Below the pieces are notes generated by a model. The model was given only the letters and a program-made list of their open reading frames with translations, had not been told where the DNA came from and searched no databases. Made by a program: the position numbers and the translations under genes. 52,937 bases of DNA, taken from contig JBAXBP010000003.1 in NCBI GenBank assembly GCA_037141915.1, forward strand, positions 1 to 52,937. Reading direction: 5' to 3'. Each line of letters begins with the position of its first letter. Position 1 is the first letter of the stretch. This DNA comes from Bacteroidota bacterium (GTDB lineage: Bacteria > Bacteroidota > Bacteroidia > Bacteroidales > FEN-979). Of the stretch, positions 7,580 to 16,253 are shown one piece after another.

Positions 7580-9604
7580 ATGACGCAATACTTTATCCCT
7601 GCGGCGGTTTTACTTTCGTTTCTTATCCTGGTGGTTCCCGGGAAAGTGCGTTACTATTATACCCTTACCCTTATCCTGTTTATAATTCTGGTGACATCAA
7701 CCCCAGCTGCCATCCAGTTTTTTTCCCCATTTTTAGTTTCTGATTTCCGGCCGGGTTCAGAATTCACGACAAGCCTGACTTCAACAAACTGGATTTTCAA
7801 AGGCTACCTTGGCGAACTCAGGTTCACCATCGACGGTCTGAGTTCATTTTTTATACTTGTCACCAATTTCACGGTACTAACCGGGATCCTTTATTCCAGG
7901 GGATATCTCAAAGCCTATATCGGTATCAAGAACCCTGCCCAGTTCGCACTTCATAATTTCAGCTACATCTGGCTTCATTTTTCAATGCTTGCAGTGCTCA
8001 CTTTGCGCGATGGGCTTTCATTCCTTATTGCCTGGGAACTGATGGCAGTGTCGTCTTTCATGCTGATACTGTTTGAAGCTGAAAAAAGGGCCACATTAAA
8101 AACCGCCGTCAATTACCTGGTACAGATGCATATCGGTTTTATGCTCCTGCTCTTTGCTTTCCTGATAACAGAATCAGGGACCGGGCAGATGTGCTTTGAC
8201 TCCCTGCCTGCATATTTCTCAAACCACTCGAACATCGGGCTCTTCCTGCTGTTCTTTTCGGGCTTTGCTGTCAAGGCAGGATTCATGCCGTTCCACACCT
8301 GGCTTCCCGAAGCCCATCCTGCAGCGCCTTCCCACGTTTCGGGTGTAATGTCGGGAGTGATGATCAAAATGGGGATTTACGGGATCTTTCGTGTGCTCAC
8401 CTCCATACACACCGAATGGTATACAATCGGCCTGGTCCTGCTGATCATTTCGGCTATGACAGGGATACTGGGAATTTTATTCTCAACTGTTCAGAAAGAC
8501 CTGAAAAAAATCCTGGCTTATTCAACCATAGAAAATATAGGGATCATCGGCCTTGGGATCGGCCTTGGATGTATTGGCATGGCCCTGCACAACCCCGTTC
8601 TTGCTGTTCTTGGCTTCACAGGAAGCCTGCTGCATGTGCTCAACCATTCATTGTTTAAATCACTGCTTTTTTATGGGGCAGGATCGGTTTACAGGGCAAC
8701 CCATACAAGGAACATTGAAGAACTGGGCGGGCTTGTTCATTCCCTTCCCCGCACTGCAGGTTTGTTCCTGTTCGGAGCTGTCGCAATCTGCGCACTCCCT
8801 CCCCTGAATGGTTTTATCTCGGAATTCCTTTTATATGCCGGCTTTATCAAAGGGCTTAGCGCTGGTAATGAATACCTTTCAATTTTGTTCCTGCTGATCA
8901 TCATCACGCTTACGCTGATCGGTGGAATGGCTGTCTTCAGTTTCTCAAGGGCCTATGGGATCAGTTTCCTAGGAAGCCCCCGCAAGGAAATTCAGGTACA
9001 TCCTGAAACAATTACCAATGATATGATTTTCCCCCAGATCCTGGTTGCTTTTATGATCCTGGGGATAGGCCTGATGCCGATGGCAGTAATTGCACCAATC
9101 GCAAGCCTGGTTGAAAACACCTTCCACCCCGGCCCCCTTCCTTCAAACCTGTTTTTTACAGAGGCCCTCAATAAGCTCAGCCTTTTCGGCCTCATCCTCA
9201 TCAGCCTGGTAACAGTGATCCTCCTTCTCAGGATGCGCCTGCTTAAAAACCGCAGGCCCGAATACGGGCCCACCTGGGGATGCGGCTATACCGAAGGTAC
9301 GGCCAGGCAGCAATATACAGGAGCTTCGTTTGCCGGCAACCTTTCGGAACTGGCCCAGCCTGTTCTTCAGAACCGCGAGGAATTCAGAGCCATTGCGGCC
9401 GAAGATATCTTTCCGAAGAAACGTTCACTGCATCTTCAGACTAACGATATTTTCGGTAAAGGCCTTGGAATACTCACCGATCTCTCATGGCTGGTCCTGA
9501 AAAAACTGGCGCGCCTGCAAACCGGGAACATCCGCCATTACATACTTTATGCCTTTATTTTCATTCTTCTGATTTTTGCACTTTTATACCTTAAACTCAT
9601 ATGA
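7580..9604 (+). CDS. hyfB: Ehr/hydrogenase-4 component B-like antiporter subunit (NuoL/MrpA family)
   Basis: WELMAVSSF, KAGFMPFHTWLPEAHPAAPSHVSG, LAYSTIENIG, HSLFKSLLF, PPLNGFISE, TWGCGY, and many TM helices. Confidence 0.93.
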   Translation: MTQYFIPAAVLLSFLILVVPGKVRYYYTLTLILFIILVTSTPAAIQFFSPFLVSDFRPGSEFTTSLTSTNWIFKGYLGELRFTIDGLSSFFILVTNFTVLTGILYSRGYLKAYIGIKNPAQFALHNFSYIWLHFSMLAVLTLRDGLSFLIAWELMAVSSFMLILFEAEKRATLKTAVNYLVQMHIGFMLLLFAFLITESGTGQMCFDSLPAYFSNHSNIGLFLLFFSGFAVKAGFMPFHTWLPEAHPAAPSHVSGVMSGVMIKMGIYGIFRVLTSIHTEWYTIGLVLLIISAMTGILGILFSTVQKDLKKILAYSTIENIGIIGLGIGLGCIGMALHNPVLAVLGFTGSLLHVLNHSLFKSLLFYGAGSVYRATHTRNIEELGGLVHSLPRTAGLFLFGAVAICALPPLNGFISEFLLYAGFIKGLSAGNEYLSILFLLIIITLTLIGGMAVFSFSRAYGISFLGSPRKEIQVHPETITNDMIFPQILVAFMILGIGLMPMAVIAPIASLVENTFHPGPLPSNLFFTEALNKLSLFGLILISLVTVILLLRMRLLKNRRPEYGPTWGCGYTEGTARQQYTGASFAGNLSELAQPVLQNREEFRAIAAEDIFPKKRSLHLQTNDIFGKGLGILTDLSWLVLKKLARLQTGNIRHYILYAFIFILLIFALLYLKLI

Positions 9605-10569
9605 CGGGAGCACTGCTGGCCATAGTATCTGCAATTTTCTTCCCGGGGATCATCCTCAGGGTGAAAAGCATTTCCGGCGGTCGTAAAGGTCCGGGGATAC
9701 TGCAACCCTGGAAAAATATCTTCCTGCTGTTCAGGAAAAGCAGCGTTTTCAGCACAACAACCAGTTTTATTTTCAGGCTTGCTCCTGCAGTATATTTCGC
9801 CACTATCTGCTGCGCCCTGATGCTTCTGCCATTCCCGGGCATGCCGTCCGTCATGGGTTTTGAAGGAGATTTCATCCTCTTTGCCTACCTTCTCGCACTG
9901 GGCAAACTGCTGTTTATTCTTGGCGCACTGGATACCGGGAGCAGCTTCGAAGGCATGGGAGCCAACCGCGAAGCCCTTTACTCCATGCTCTCCGAACCGG
10001 CTTTCTTCATACTGTTTGGAACACTGGCACTGCTTTCGAACCACCTCTCAATGCATGACATTTTTTCACATTTCCAGTTTGCCGGAGAATTTTCACTCAT
10101 CACCGGCGCTATCGCAATCTACCTGCTGGTGCAGATTGCAATGATAGAAAACAGCCGCATGCCCGTGGATGATCCTAAAACACATCTCGAACTTACCATG
10201 GTCCACGAGGTGATGATACTCGATTACAGCGGAGTCGACCTTGCCCTGATCCAGACCGGAACAAACCTGAAATTTGTGTTATACGGCGGACTGATCGCGA
10301 ACTTCTTTATGCCGGCCAACAGTGAGTGGTTACAGGTTACTGCAGCCATTCACGGTTCACCATTCACGGTTCATGTGTTGGCAACCTTCCTGAATGTTTC
10401 TATCTTCCTGGCAGTCCAGGCTATATTCGCTGCTGCCATCGGGCTTATGGAATCATTCCGCGCAAGAAAGAAACTGGCTAAAAACCCACAGTTCATCGTG
10501 ACCCTGAGTTCCATCGCCCTCATAGGATTCATACTTGTTTTGTTATTAACCCGCAACCTCATCCGCTGA
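9601..10569 (+). CDS. hyfC: Ehr/hydrogenase-4 component C (NuoH-like membrane subunit)
   Basis: GRKGPGILQP, LDTGSSFEGMGANRE, ENSRMPVDDPKTHLELTMVHEVMILDYSG. ATGA overlap with hyfB. Confidence 0.93.
   Translation: MTGALLAIVSAIFFPGIILRVKSISGGRKGPGILQPWKNIFLLFRKSSVFSTTTSFIFRLAPAVYFATICCALMLLPFPGMPSVMGFEGDFILFAYLLALGKLLFILGALDTGSSFEGMGANREALYSMLSEPAFFILFGTLALLSNHLSMHDIFSHFQFAGEFSLITGAIAIYLLVQIAMIENSRMPVDDPKTHLELTMVHEVMILDYSGVDLALIQTGTNLKFVLYGGLIANFFMPANSEWLQVTAAIHGSPFTVHVLATFLNVSIFLAVQAIFAAAIGLMESFRARKKLAKNPQFIVTLSSIALIGFILVLLLTRNLIR
10318..10375 (+). repeat. Heptamer (TTCACGG-type) repeats with an inverted 5' arm inside hyfC
   Basis: TTCACGG-TTCACCA-TTCACGG-TTCATG at 10349-10375. AACAGTGAGTGG (10318-10329) pairs 11/12 with CCATTCACGGTT. 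Confidence 0.7.
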
Positions 10570-10570
10570 C

Positions 10571-11188
10571 ATGACCCTGATGCTCATCATCGTTTTTGCG
10601 ATCAGCCTGATCTACCTCAGTGTTACCGAGAGGTTCAGGATATATGCAGGGCTGGTAGGGCTGCAGGGACTTTTGCTTTTCGGCATCTCCTTCATGCAAC
10701 TCGACCGAATCACCCTTGCAACGGTATTGTTTGTAGCTATAGAAACCCTGCTGTTCAAAGTGATCATCGTCCCTTACCTGCTGTTTACCGTGATAAGGAA
10801 AACCGGTGTCGCAAGGGTTCATGAGAAAGCGCTGCCTTCCTTTTATTCACTGCTGATGGTGACTCTCGGACTTCTGCTCAGCATCGTGGTCTCCTTTTCG
10901 ATGAACACCACCCCCTATAACCTGATGTTCTTTATTGTTTCATTTTTTGCTGTGTACACAGGCCTGTTCATGATCATTTCGCACAGGAAAATTTTTTCGC
11001 ACCTGGTGGGTTTTCTTGTAATTGAAAATGCAGTCCTTCTGCTCTCACTGGCAATAGGAAGCGAAATCCCTATGCTTATCAACCTGGGGATACTGCTGGA
11101 TATCTTTGTAAGCGTGCTCATCCTGGGTATCTTCGTGATGCGCCTCAGGCAGCAGACTGATGATTTAACAATACTGAAAGACGATTGA
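10571..11188 (+). CDS. hyfE: Ehr/hydrogenase-4 component E (NuoK-like C-terminus)
   Basis: Highly hydrophobic, with KVIIVPYLL, VGFLVIENAV and EIPMLINLGILLD. Position in the operon fits. Confidence 0.9.
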   Translation: MTLMLIIVFAISLIYLSVTERFRIYAGLVGLQGLLLFGISFMQLDRITLATVLFVAIETLLFKVIIVPYLLFTVIRKTGVARVHEKALPSFYSLLMVTLGLLLSIVVSFSMNTTPYNLMFFIVSFFAVYTGLFMIISHRKIFSHLVGFLVIENAVLLLSLAIGSEIPMLINLGILLDIFVSVLILGIFVMRLRQQTDDLTILKDD

Positions 11189-11205
11189 CAACCATGAATA
11201 ATTAT

Positions 11206-11237
11206 TTCGCTACTTCACTACTTCGCTACTTCGCTAT
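11206..11237 (+). repeat. Octamer tandem repeat TTCGCTAC x4 between hyfE and hyfF
   Basis: TTCGCTAC-TTCACTAC-TTCGCTAC-TTCGCTAT. Confidence 0.9.
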
Positions 11238-11244
11238 TTAATAT

Positions 11245-12684
11245 ATGCTCAACGCCACCAACATATTTGTTGTCTTCTTCGCCACATCCCTGTTGCTGGG
11301 ACTGCTGGTCGGCCTGATCCATTCCAAGTCCCTGGCAAGATCCCTGACTTCGTTTTATGTGGTCGTACATATAGCATTTACGGTATACTGCTGGAGTCAC
11401 AGGGGTGAAACCGTTCTGGATTATTTTACATTTGACACACTGGGACTTTTACTCCAGTCGGTGCTTTCCATACTAACGGTAACCACGGTATTTCACGGGT
11501 TTATATACGTCCGTAACAATTCTCCAAGGACCTATGCCATTTATCATGCGGCATTGATAGCGCTGATCGCTTCGATGACAGGCGCATATTTCGCCAACGG
11601 GATGACCACAGTCTGGATATTCGTGGAAGCCACGACTCTTTCGGTTGCAGCCCTTATCTACCATGACCGAACGGCTATGGCTCTTGAAGCCACCTGGAAG
11701 TACGTCTTCGTATGTTCAGTGGGTATCGCCCTGGCATACATCGGAATTCTTTTCCTGGGCTTCACCGTTCGCGATGCCCGTTTGCTTCACCTTTCATTTT
11801 CATCCATCACCGAGATCGCAAAGCTTGCCAACCCTCTTTACCTGAAGATCGCTTTCGTATTTGTACTTGTAGGCTACAGCACCAAAATGGGGCTCTTCCC
11901 AATGCATACCGTGACTGTGGATGCGCATACAGTAGCCCCACCGCCTATCAGCGCATTCATCTCCACAACCCTGATGAACGTCGGCTTCCTGGCTATTTTC
12001 CGCATCTATGCCCTGTTTTCGGCAACCCCGATACTGCCGTTTATGAACCATGTGCTGCTTCTCTCGGGTTTCCTGTCCCTGCTGATCTCAGCCGGGTACA
12101 TGCTCAAAGCCAAGCACAACAAACGAATGCTTGCATACTCCAGCCTCGAGAACATGGGTATCGTCGCAATAGCGCTCGGAATGGGTGGCATTGGATATTA
12201 TGCTGCTATACTGCATATCATCCTGCATTCTTTTGCAAAAGCAGGGCTGTTTTACCAGATGGGCCAGTCGTACAAGATCATGGGGTCTTATAACCTGGAT
12301 GAATCGGGCAATTACATGAACCTCTACCCGGCTGGAGCAACGGCCCTTTTGCTGGGCCTGGTCTGCATTACGGCCATCCCTCCTTCGGGGATGTTTATTT
12401 CGGAACTGCTCATGTTTAAAGCAATGGTCGCAAACGGCAATTACTTTTTTATGGCAGTTGCTGCAATACTTCTTTGCTTCGTGCTCTATGCCCTGCTCAC
12501 AAGAGTCCTACATATTGTTTTTTCGCAACCAAGGACTCAAAGCCTGAAGCCGCCTGAAAAAGTAAACCCCTGGCAAACCGTTTCACAGTTCGTACTTTTC
12601 GGGATCGTGATCTTTATCTGCTTTACCCAGCCTGCATTTTTCAGGGACCTCATCAATGATATCATTCAAAATCTGCCAAGATGA
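11245..12684 (+). CDS. hyfF: Ehr/hydrogenase-4 component F (NuoM/N, MrpD-like antiporter subunit)
   Basis: WIFVEATTLS, LEATWKYVFVCSVGIA, GYSTKMGLFPMH, KRMLAYSSLENMG, HSFAKAGLF, PPSGMFISE. Confidence 0.93.
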   Translation: MLNATNIFVVFFATSLLLGLLVGLIHSKSLARSLTSFYVVVHIAFTVYCWSHRGETVLDYFTFDTLGLLLQSVLSILTVTTVFHGFIYVRNNSPRTYAIYHAALIALIASMTGAYFANGMTTVWIFVEATTLSVAALIYHDRTAMALEATWKYVFVCSVGIALAYIGILFLGFTVRDARLLHLSFSSITEIAKLANPLYLKIAFVFVLVGYSTKMGLFPMHTVTVDAHTVAPPPISAFISTTLMNVGFLAIFRIYALFSATPILPFMNHVLLLSGFLSLLISAGYMLKAKHNKRMLAYSSLENMGIVAIALGMGGIGYYAAILHIILHSFAKAGLFYQMGQSYKIMGSYNLDESGNYMNLYPAGATALLLGLVCITAIPPSGMFISELLMFKAMVANGNYFFMAVAAILLCFVLYALLTRVLHIVFSQPRTQSLKPPEKVNPWQTVSQFVLFGIVIFICFTQPAFFRDLINDIIQNLPR

Positions 12685-14237
12685 GTGAAGAACGTGATAA
12701 TCGTAATGACGTGATGGTCGTGATGAAATCCAATCCATTCATTGTTCAGATTAAAGATATTCCTGTCCTCGATTATCCTGAATTCAGGGATAAAGTAAAT
12801 GATCTGATGGCGGATGAGGGATTCCACTGCGTTACCTATCACGCGGTCCCGCTGGGCGCAGCACTCAGGTTTTTCTGCTGCATCGCCTCCGACAACGAGC
12901 ATACAATGATCCTGCTTTCGCATGTACAGAACTCCTCTCCCCTGCCGGTACTCGACTCACTTACTGCTTCCCATCCTTCATTTCATCTGTATGAACGAGA
13001 AATCAGTGAACAGTATGGAGTGATATTCACAGGGCATCCGTGGATGAAGCCGGTGCGCACTCACAGTTCGCGATTCACGGTTCACGGTTCACGGCTCACG
13101 GGCTCTTCCGTAGATGAATTTCCTTTTTATTCCATAGAGGGTGAAGGCATTCATGAGGTGGGTGTAGGCCCCATTCATGCAGGAGTCATTGAACCCGGGT
13201 ATTTCCGTTTCAGCTGTAACGGGGAAAAGGTCCTGCATCTTGAAATACAACTGGGGTTCCAGCACAGGGGTATTGAGAAACGTTTCATTGAAAAGCAATC
13301 GGGAATACAGCGTGCAGTTCTCTCCGAAAGTATTGCAGGCGATTCCGCTGTCGGCCATTCCATTGCTCATGCCCAGCTTATGGAAGCCCTCTCGGGAAAT
13401 GCATTTTCTCCTGCCCTGCAATGTGAACGTGTAATAGCCCTCGAACTGGAGAGGATTGCAGTTCACATCGGCGATTCCGCAGCCCTTTGCACCGACATCG
13501 CATACCAGTTCGGGCAGGTAGTGAATGAAGCCCTGCGTACCGTAGTGATCAACACAACCCAGTCGTGGTGCGGGAACCGTTTTGGGAAAGGCCTTGTAAG
13601 GATGGGGGGCAGCCATTATCCTTTAACAACAGGGTTAAGCAAGACCCTCCTGTCAAACCTGAAAGAGGTTGAAGAAAGATATGGGCAGATAACGCATGAA
13701 ATGTTTACAAACCCCAGTGTACTCGGCCGTTTCGAGGGGATAGGAAAAGTAAGCGCACACCAGGCCGGTATGATAGGCGCTGTTGGCATGGCATCGAGAA
13801 GCAGCGGGGTGAAACGCGATATCCGCTGGTCGCATCCCTTCCAGGCTTTCAGCATTTATTCTTATGAACCGGTGACACTCCACCAGGGAGATGTGTGGGC
13901 AAGGGCAATGCTGAGGAAACTTGAAGTGGAGAAGTCAATTCTGCTTATCAGGAAAATCCTTGAAACGATGGGTCCTGAAGGAACAGCATCAGTACCGGTT
14001 TATGATCTTAAATTCCGGGCTTCAAGCTTTGCCTTGTCCCTGGCCGAGGGATGGAGGGGCGAGATAATGCAATCGGCAGTCACCGACGAAAAAGGGAACA
14101 TCATCCATTATAAAGTCAAGGATCCTTCATTTCATAACTGGATGGCCCTGGCCCTGGCTGTTCGCAACCAGGAGATCTCGGATTTCCCGTTATGCAACAA
14201 AAGTTATAATCTTTCGTACTGCGGGTTTGATTTGTGA
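12681..14237 (+). CDS. hyfG: Ehr large subunit (NuoC+NuoD/HyfG-like) without NiFe-binding CxxC motifs
   Basis: YEREISEQYG...GHPWMKPVR, VGVGPIHAGVIEPG, HRGIEK, EGWRGE, KDPSFHNW. The L1 site reads ESIAGDS and the C-terminus reads NKSYNLSYCGFDL. Confidence 0.93.
   Translation: MSEERDNRNDVMVVMKSNPFIVQIKDIPVLDYPEFRDKVNDLMADEGFHCVTYHAVPLGAALRFFCCIASDNEHTMILLSHVQNSSPLPVLDSLTASHPSFHLYEREISEQYGVIFTGHPWMKPVRTHSSRFTVHGSRLTGSSVDEFPFYSIEGEGIHEVGVGPIHAGVIEPGYFRFSCNGEKVLHLEIQLGFQHRGIEKRFIEKQSGIQRAVLSESIAGDSAVGHSIAHAQLMEALSGNAFSPALQCERVIALELERIAVHIGDSAALCTDIAYQFGQVVNEALRTVVINTTQSWCGNRFGKGLVRMGGSHYPLTTGLSKTLLSNLKEVEERYGQITHEMFTNPSVLGRFEGIGKVSAHQAGMIGAVGMASRSSGVKRDIRWSHPFQAFSIYSYEPVTLHQGDVWARAMLRKLEVEKSILLIRKILETMGPEGTASVPVYDLKFRASSFALSLAEGWRGEIMQSAVTDEKGNIIHYKVKDPSFHNWMALALAVRNQEISDFPLCNKSYNLSYCGFDL
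13060..13101 (+). repeat. Six heptamers (TTCACGG consensus), 42 nt, in frame inside the Ehr large subunit
   Basis: CTCACAG-TTCGCGA-TTCACGG-TTCACGG-TTCACGG-CTCACGG, encoding THSSRFTVHGSRLTG. Confidence 0.9.
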
Positions 14238-14265
14238 GAAAGGGAATATCGAATATTCAAATTAA

Positions 14266-15024
14266 ATGGCACTTAGTATTATAAAAATTTTCCGCCGCCA
14301 CGGCAGGCAGTACATCAAGGACCTTCGAAAAGCGGTTATTCCTGAAGGCTTTCGCGGCCGCCCGGTGATAGCTGCAGATATTACCCAGGCTGAACAGGAG
14401 GCCGCCATTTCAATCTGCCCCACAGGAGCAATCCTTGCCGGGCCTTTCCGTCTCGACCTGGGGAAATGCGAATTCTGCAATGAATGTGTTTTTGCTGTTC
14501 AGGGGAAGATCAGGTTTACCAATGATCACAGGCTTTCGGTGAGCAAACCTGAAGATCTCATCATTAATGCAGGTGAGGACAAGGCCCTGGTTGTTGACCA
14601 GGCTGCGGTGAGAAAAGAGATACGGTCTTATTTCGGGCATGCATTAAAGCTCAGGCAGGTCTCTGCAGGAGGTGACAATGCAAGCGAAATGGAACTCAAT
14701 GCAGCAGGAAATGTGAATTTCGACATGGGACGTTACGGCATAGAATTCGTAGCATCACCCAGGCATGCAGATGGTATTGTAATTACCGGACCGGTTAGCG
14801 GCAATATGGCTGAAGCCCTTCAGATCTGTTACGATGCGGTGCCTTCCCCAAAAATCGTGGTACTTGCAGGGACCGCAGCCATAAGCGGCGGAATATTCAG
14901 TGACAGTGCTGAACTCCAGAGGAAATTCATTGAGACTATCAGGCCTGATCTTTATGTACCGGGCAATCCGCCCCATCCCCTGACGTTCATCAACGGGATA
15001 CTCGATCTGACAGGGAGAAAGTGA
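14266..15024 (+). CDS. hyfI: Ehr small subunit: N-terminal ferredoxin-like domain fused to a NuoB/HyfI-like domain
   Basis: FRGRP, ICPTGAI, LDLGKCEFCNEC, FVASPRHADGIVITGPV, DLYVPGNPPHP. Confidence 0.92.
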   Translation: MALSIIKIFRRHGRQYIKDLRKAVIPEGFRGRPVIAADITQAEQEAAISICPTGAILAGPFRLDLGKCEFCNECVFAVQGKIRFTNDHRLSVSKPEDLIINAGEDKALVVDQAAVRKEIRSYFGHALKLRQVSAGGDNASEMELNAAGNVNFDMGRYGIEFVASPRHADGIVITGPVSGNMAEALQICYDAVPSPKIVVLAGTAAISGGIFSDSAELQRKFIETIRPDLYVPGNPPHPLTFINGILDLTGRK

Positions 15025-15032
15025 TAAACAGT

Positions 15033-16253
15033 CTATTCGTATCTTAAAGCATCGATAGGGTTGAGGCTTGCTGCCTTGCGGGCAGGATACCATCCGAAAA
15101 ATATTCCGATTGCTGTTGAGAAAAGGAACGACAGTATGATTGATTGGGTCGTGATGGTAACGGGCCAGCTCATCAGGCTGGCGATTATGCCTGAGGCCGC
15201 TATTCCAATCCCCACACCAAGAAAACCTCCGATAAGGCTGATCATCAGGGCTTCGATAAGGAACTGTAACAACACATCCCTTCCCCTGGCGCCAACGCCC
15301 ATGCGGATCCCGATCTCTCTTGTCCTTTCGGTTACCGAGACGAGCATGATGTTCATGATACCTATACCTCCCACGAGCAGGGAAATACTTGCTATACTGG
15401 CCAGCAGTGCGGTTAATATCCCTGAAGTGGCAGTGGCAGTGCTTGCAATATCGGCCTGGGAACGGATTGAAAAGTCAGGTTCCTCCGATGGCCCCAGCCT
15501 GTGTCTTTCCTTTAGCACCTGCGTGATCTCGTCTGTTGCTTCAGGGATCTGTGTTTCGGATGTTGCCGACACCATGATACTCTGGATATACTGGACTGTG
15601 AGCATACGCACCTGAACCGTATTGAAGGGGGCGATCACGATGTCATCCTGGTCCTGGCCCCATGCATTCTGTCCTTTTGCTGCTATGAGCCCAACCACCT
15701 GGAAAGGAATCTTGTTTATCCTGATCATTTTCCCGGTTGGGTCCTGGCCTTCGCCGAATAAATATTTGTTGACCGTTTGCCCTATGACGCAGACTTTATT
15801 TGCAGTGCGGTCATCCATCAGGGTATAGATAGCTCCTTTGTCAATAGTAAGGTTCCTGATGTTGAAATAATCGGGATATACACCCCATACGGTAGTCCTC
15901 CAGTTCTGGCCTCCGGCGATAAGCTGCCCGCTGGTCCTCACGGTCGGAGTTGAATACATAACGGCAGGGCAACGGCTGGCAACAGCTTTATAGTCATCTA
16001 TCGTCAGCTTGATGCTTGAGCCCGCTTCCATTCTCACACCTCCTGTCATGCTGGCCGAAGGGTAGACAGTAAGCAGGTTGGTGCCCAGGCTGGCGATCTG
16101 TTTTTGAATGCTTTCCTTTGAACCCTGGCCTATTGCAAGCATGGCAATGACAGACCCGACGCCGATAATGATCCCCAGCATTGTCAGGAATGTCCGCATC
16201 TTGTTCTTGGCCAAAGACCTCAGAGCAGCCTTTAACTGGTTTTTAAGTTTCAT
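15033..16253 (-). CDS. macB: MacB/FtsX-like ABC transporter permease
   Basis: RTFLTMLGIIIGV, GGIGIMNIMLVSVTERTREIGIRM, YPARKAASLNPIDALRYE. Confidence 0.95.
   Translation of the reverse strand: MKLKNQLKAALRSLAKNKMRTFLTMLGIIIGVGSVIAMLAIGQGSKESIQKQIASLGTNLLTVYPSASMTGGVRMEAGSSIKLTIDDYKAVASRCPAVMYSTPTVRTSGQLIAGGQNWRTTVWGVYPDYFNIRNLTIDKGAIYTLMDDRTANKVCVIGQTVNKYLFGEGQDPTGKMIRINKIPFQVVGLIAAKGQNAWGQDQDDIVIAPFNTVQVRMLTVQYIQSIMVSATSETQIPEATDEITQVLKERHRLGPSEEPDFSIRSQADIASTATATSGILTALLASIASISLLVGGIGIMNIMLVSVTERTREIGIRMGVGARGRDVLLQFLIEALMISLIGGFLGVGIGIAASGIIASLMSWPVTITTQSIILSFLFSTAIGIFFGWYPARKAASLNPIDALRYE

Noticed and set aside
12681-14237. Annotation as a NiFe hydrogenase or formate hydrogenlyase large subunit
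   Set aside because: Both Ni-binding CxxC motifs are absent and no maturation genes are present.
14266-15024. Pseudogene call for the small subunit
   Set aside because: The frame is intact and non-ligand motifs are well conserved, so the changes are concentrated on the ligand positions.
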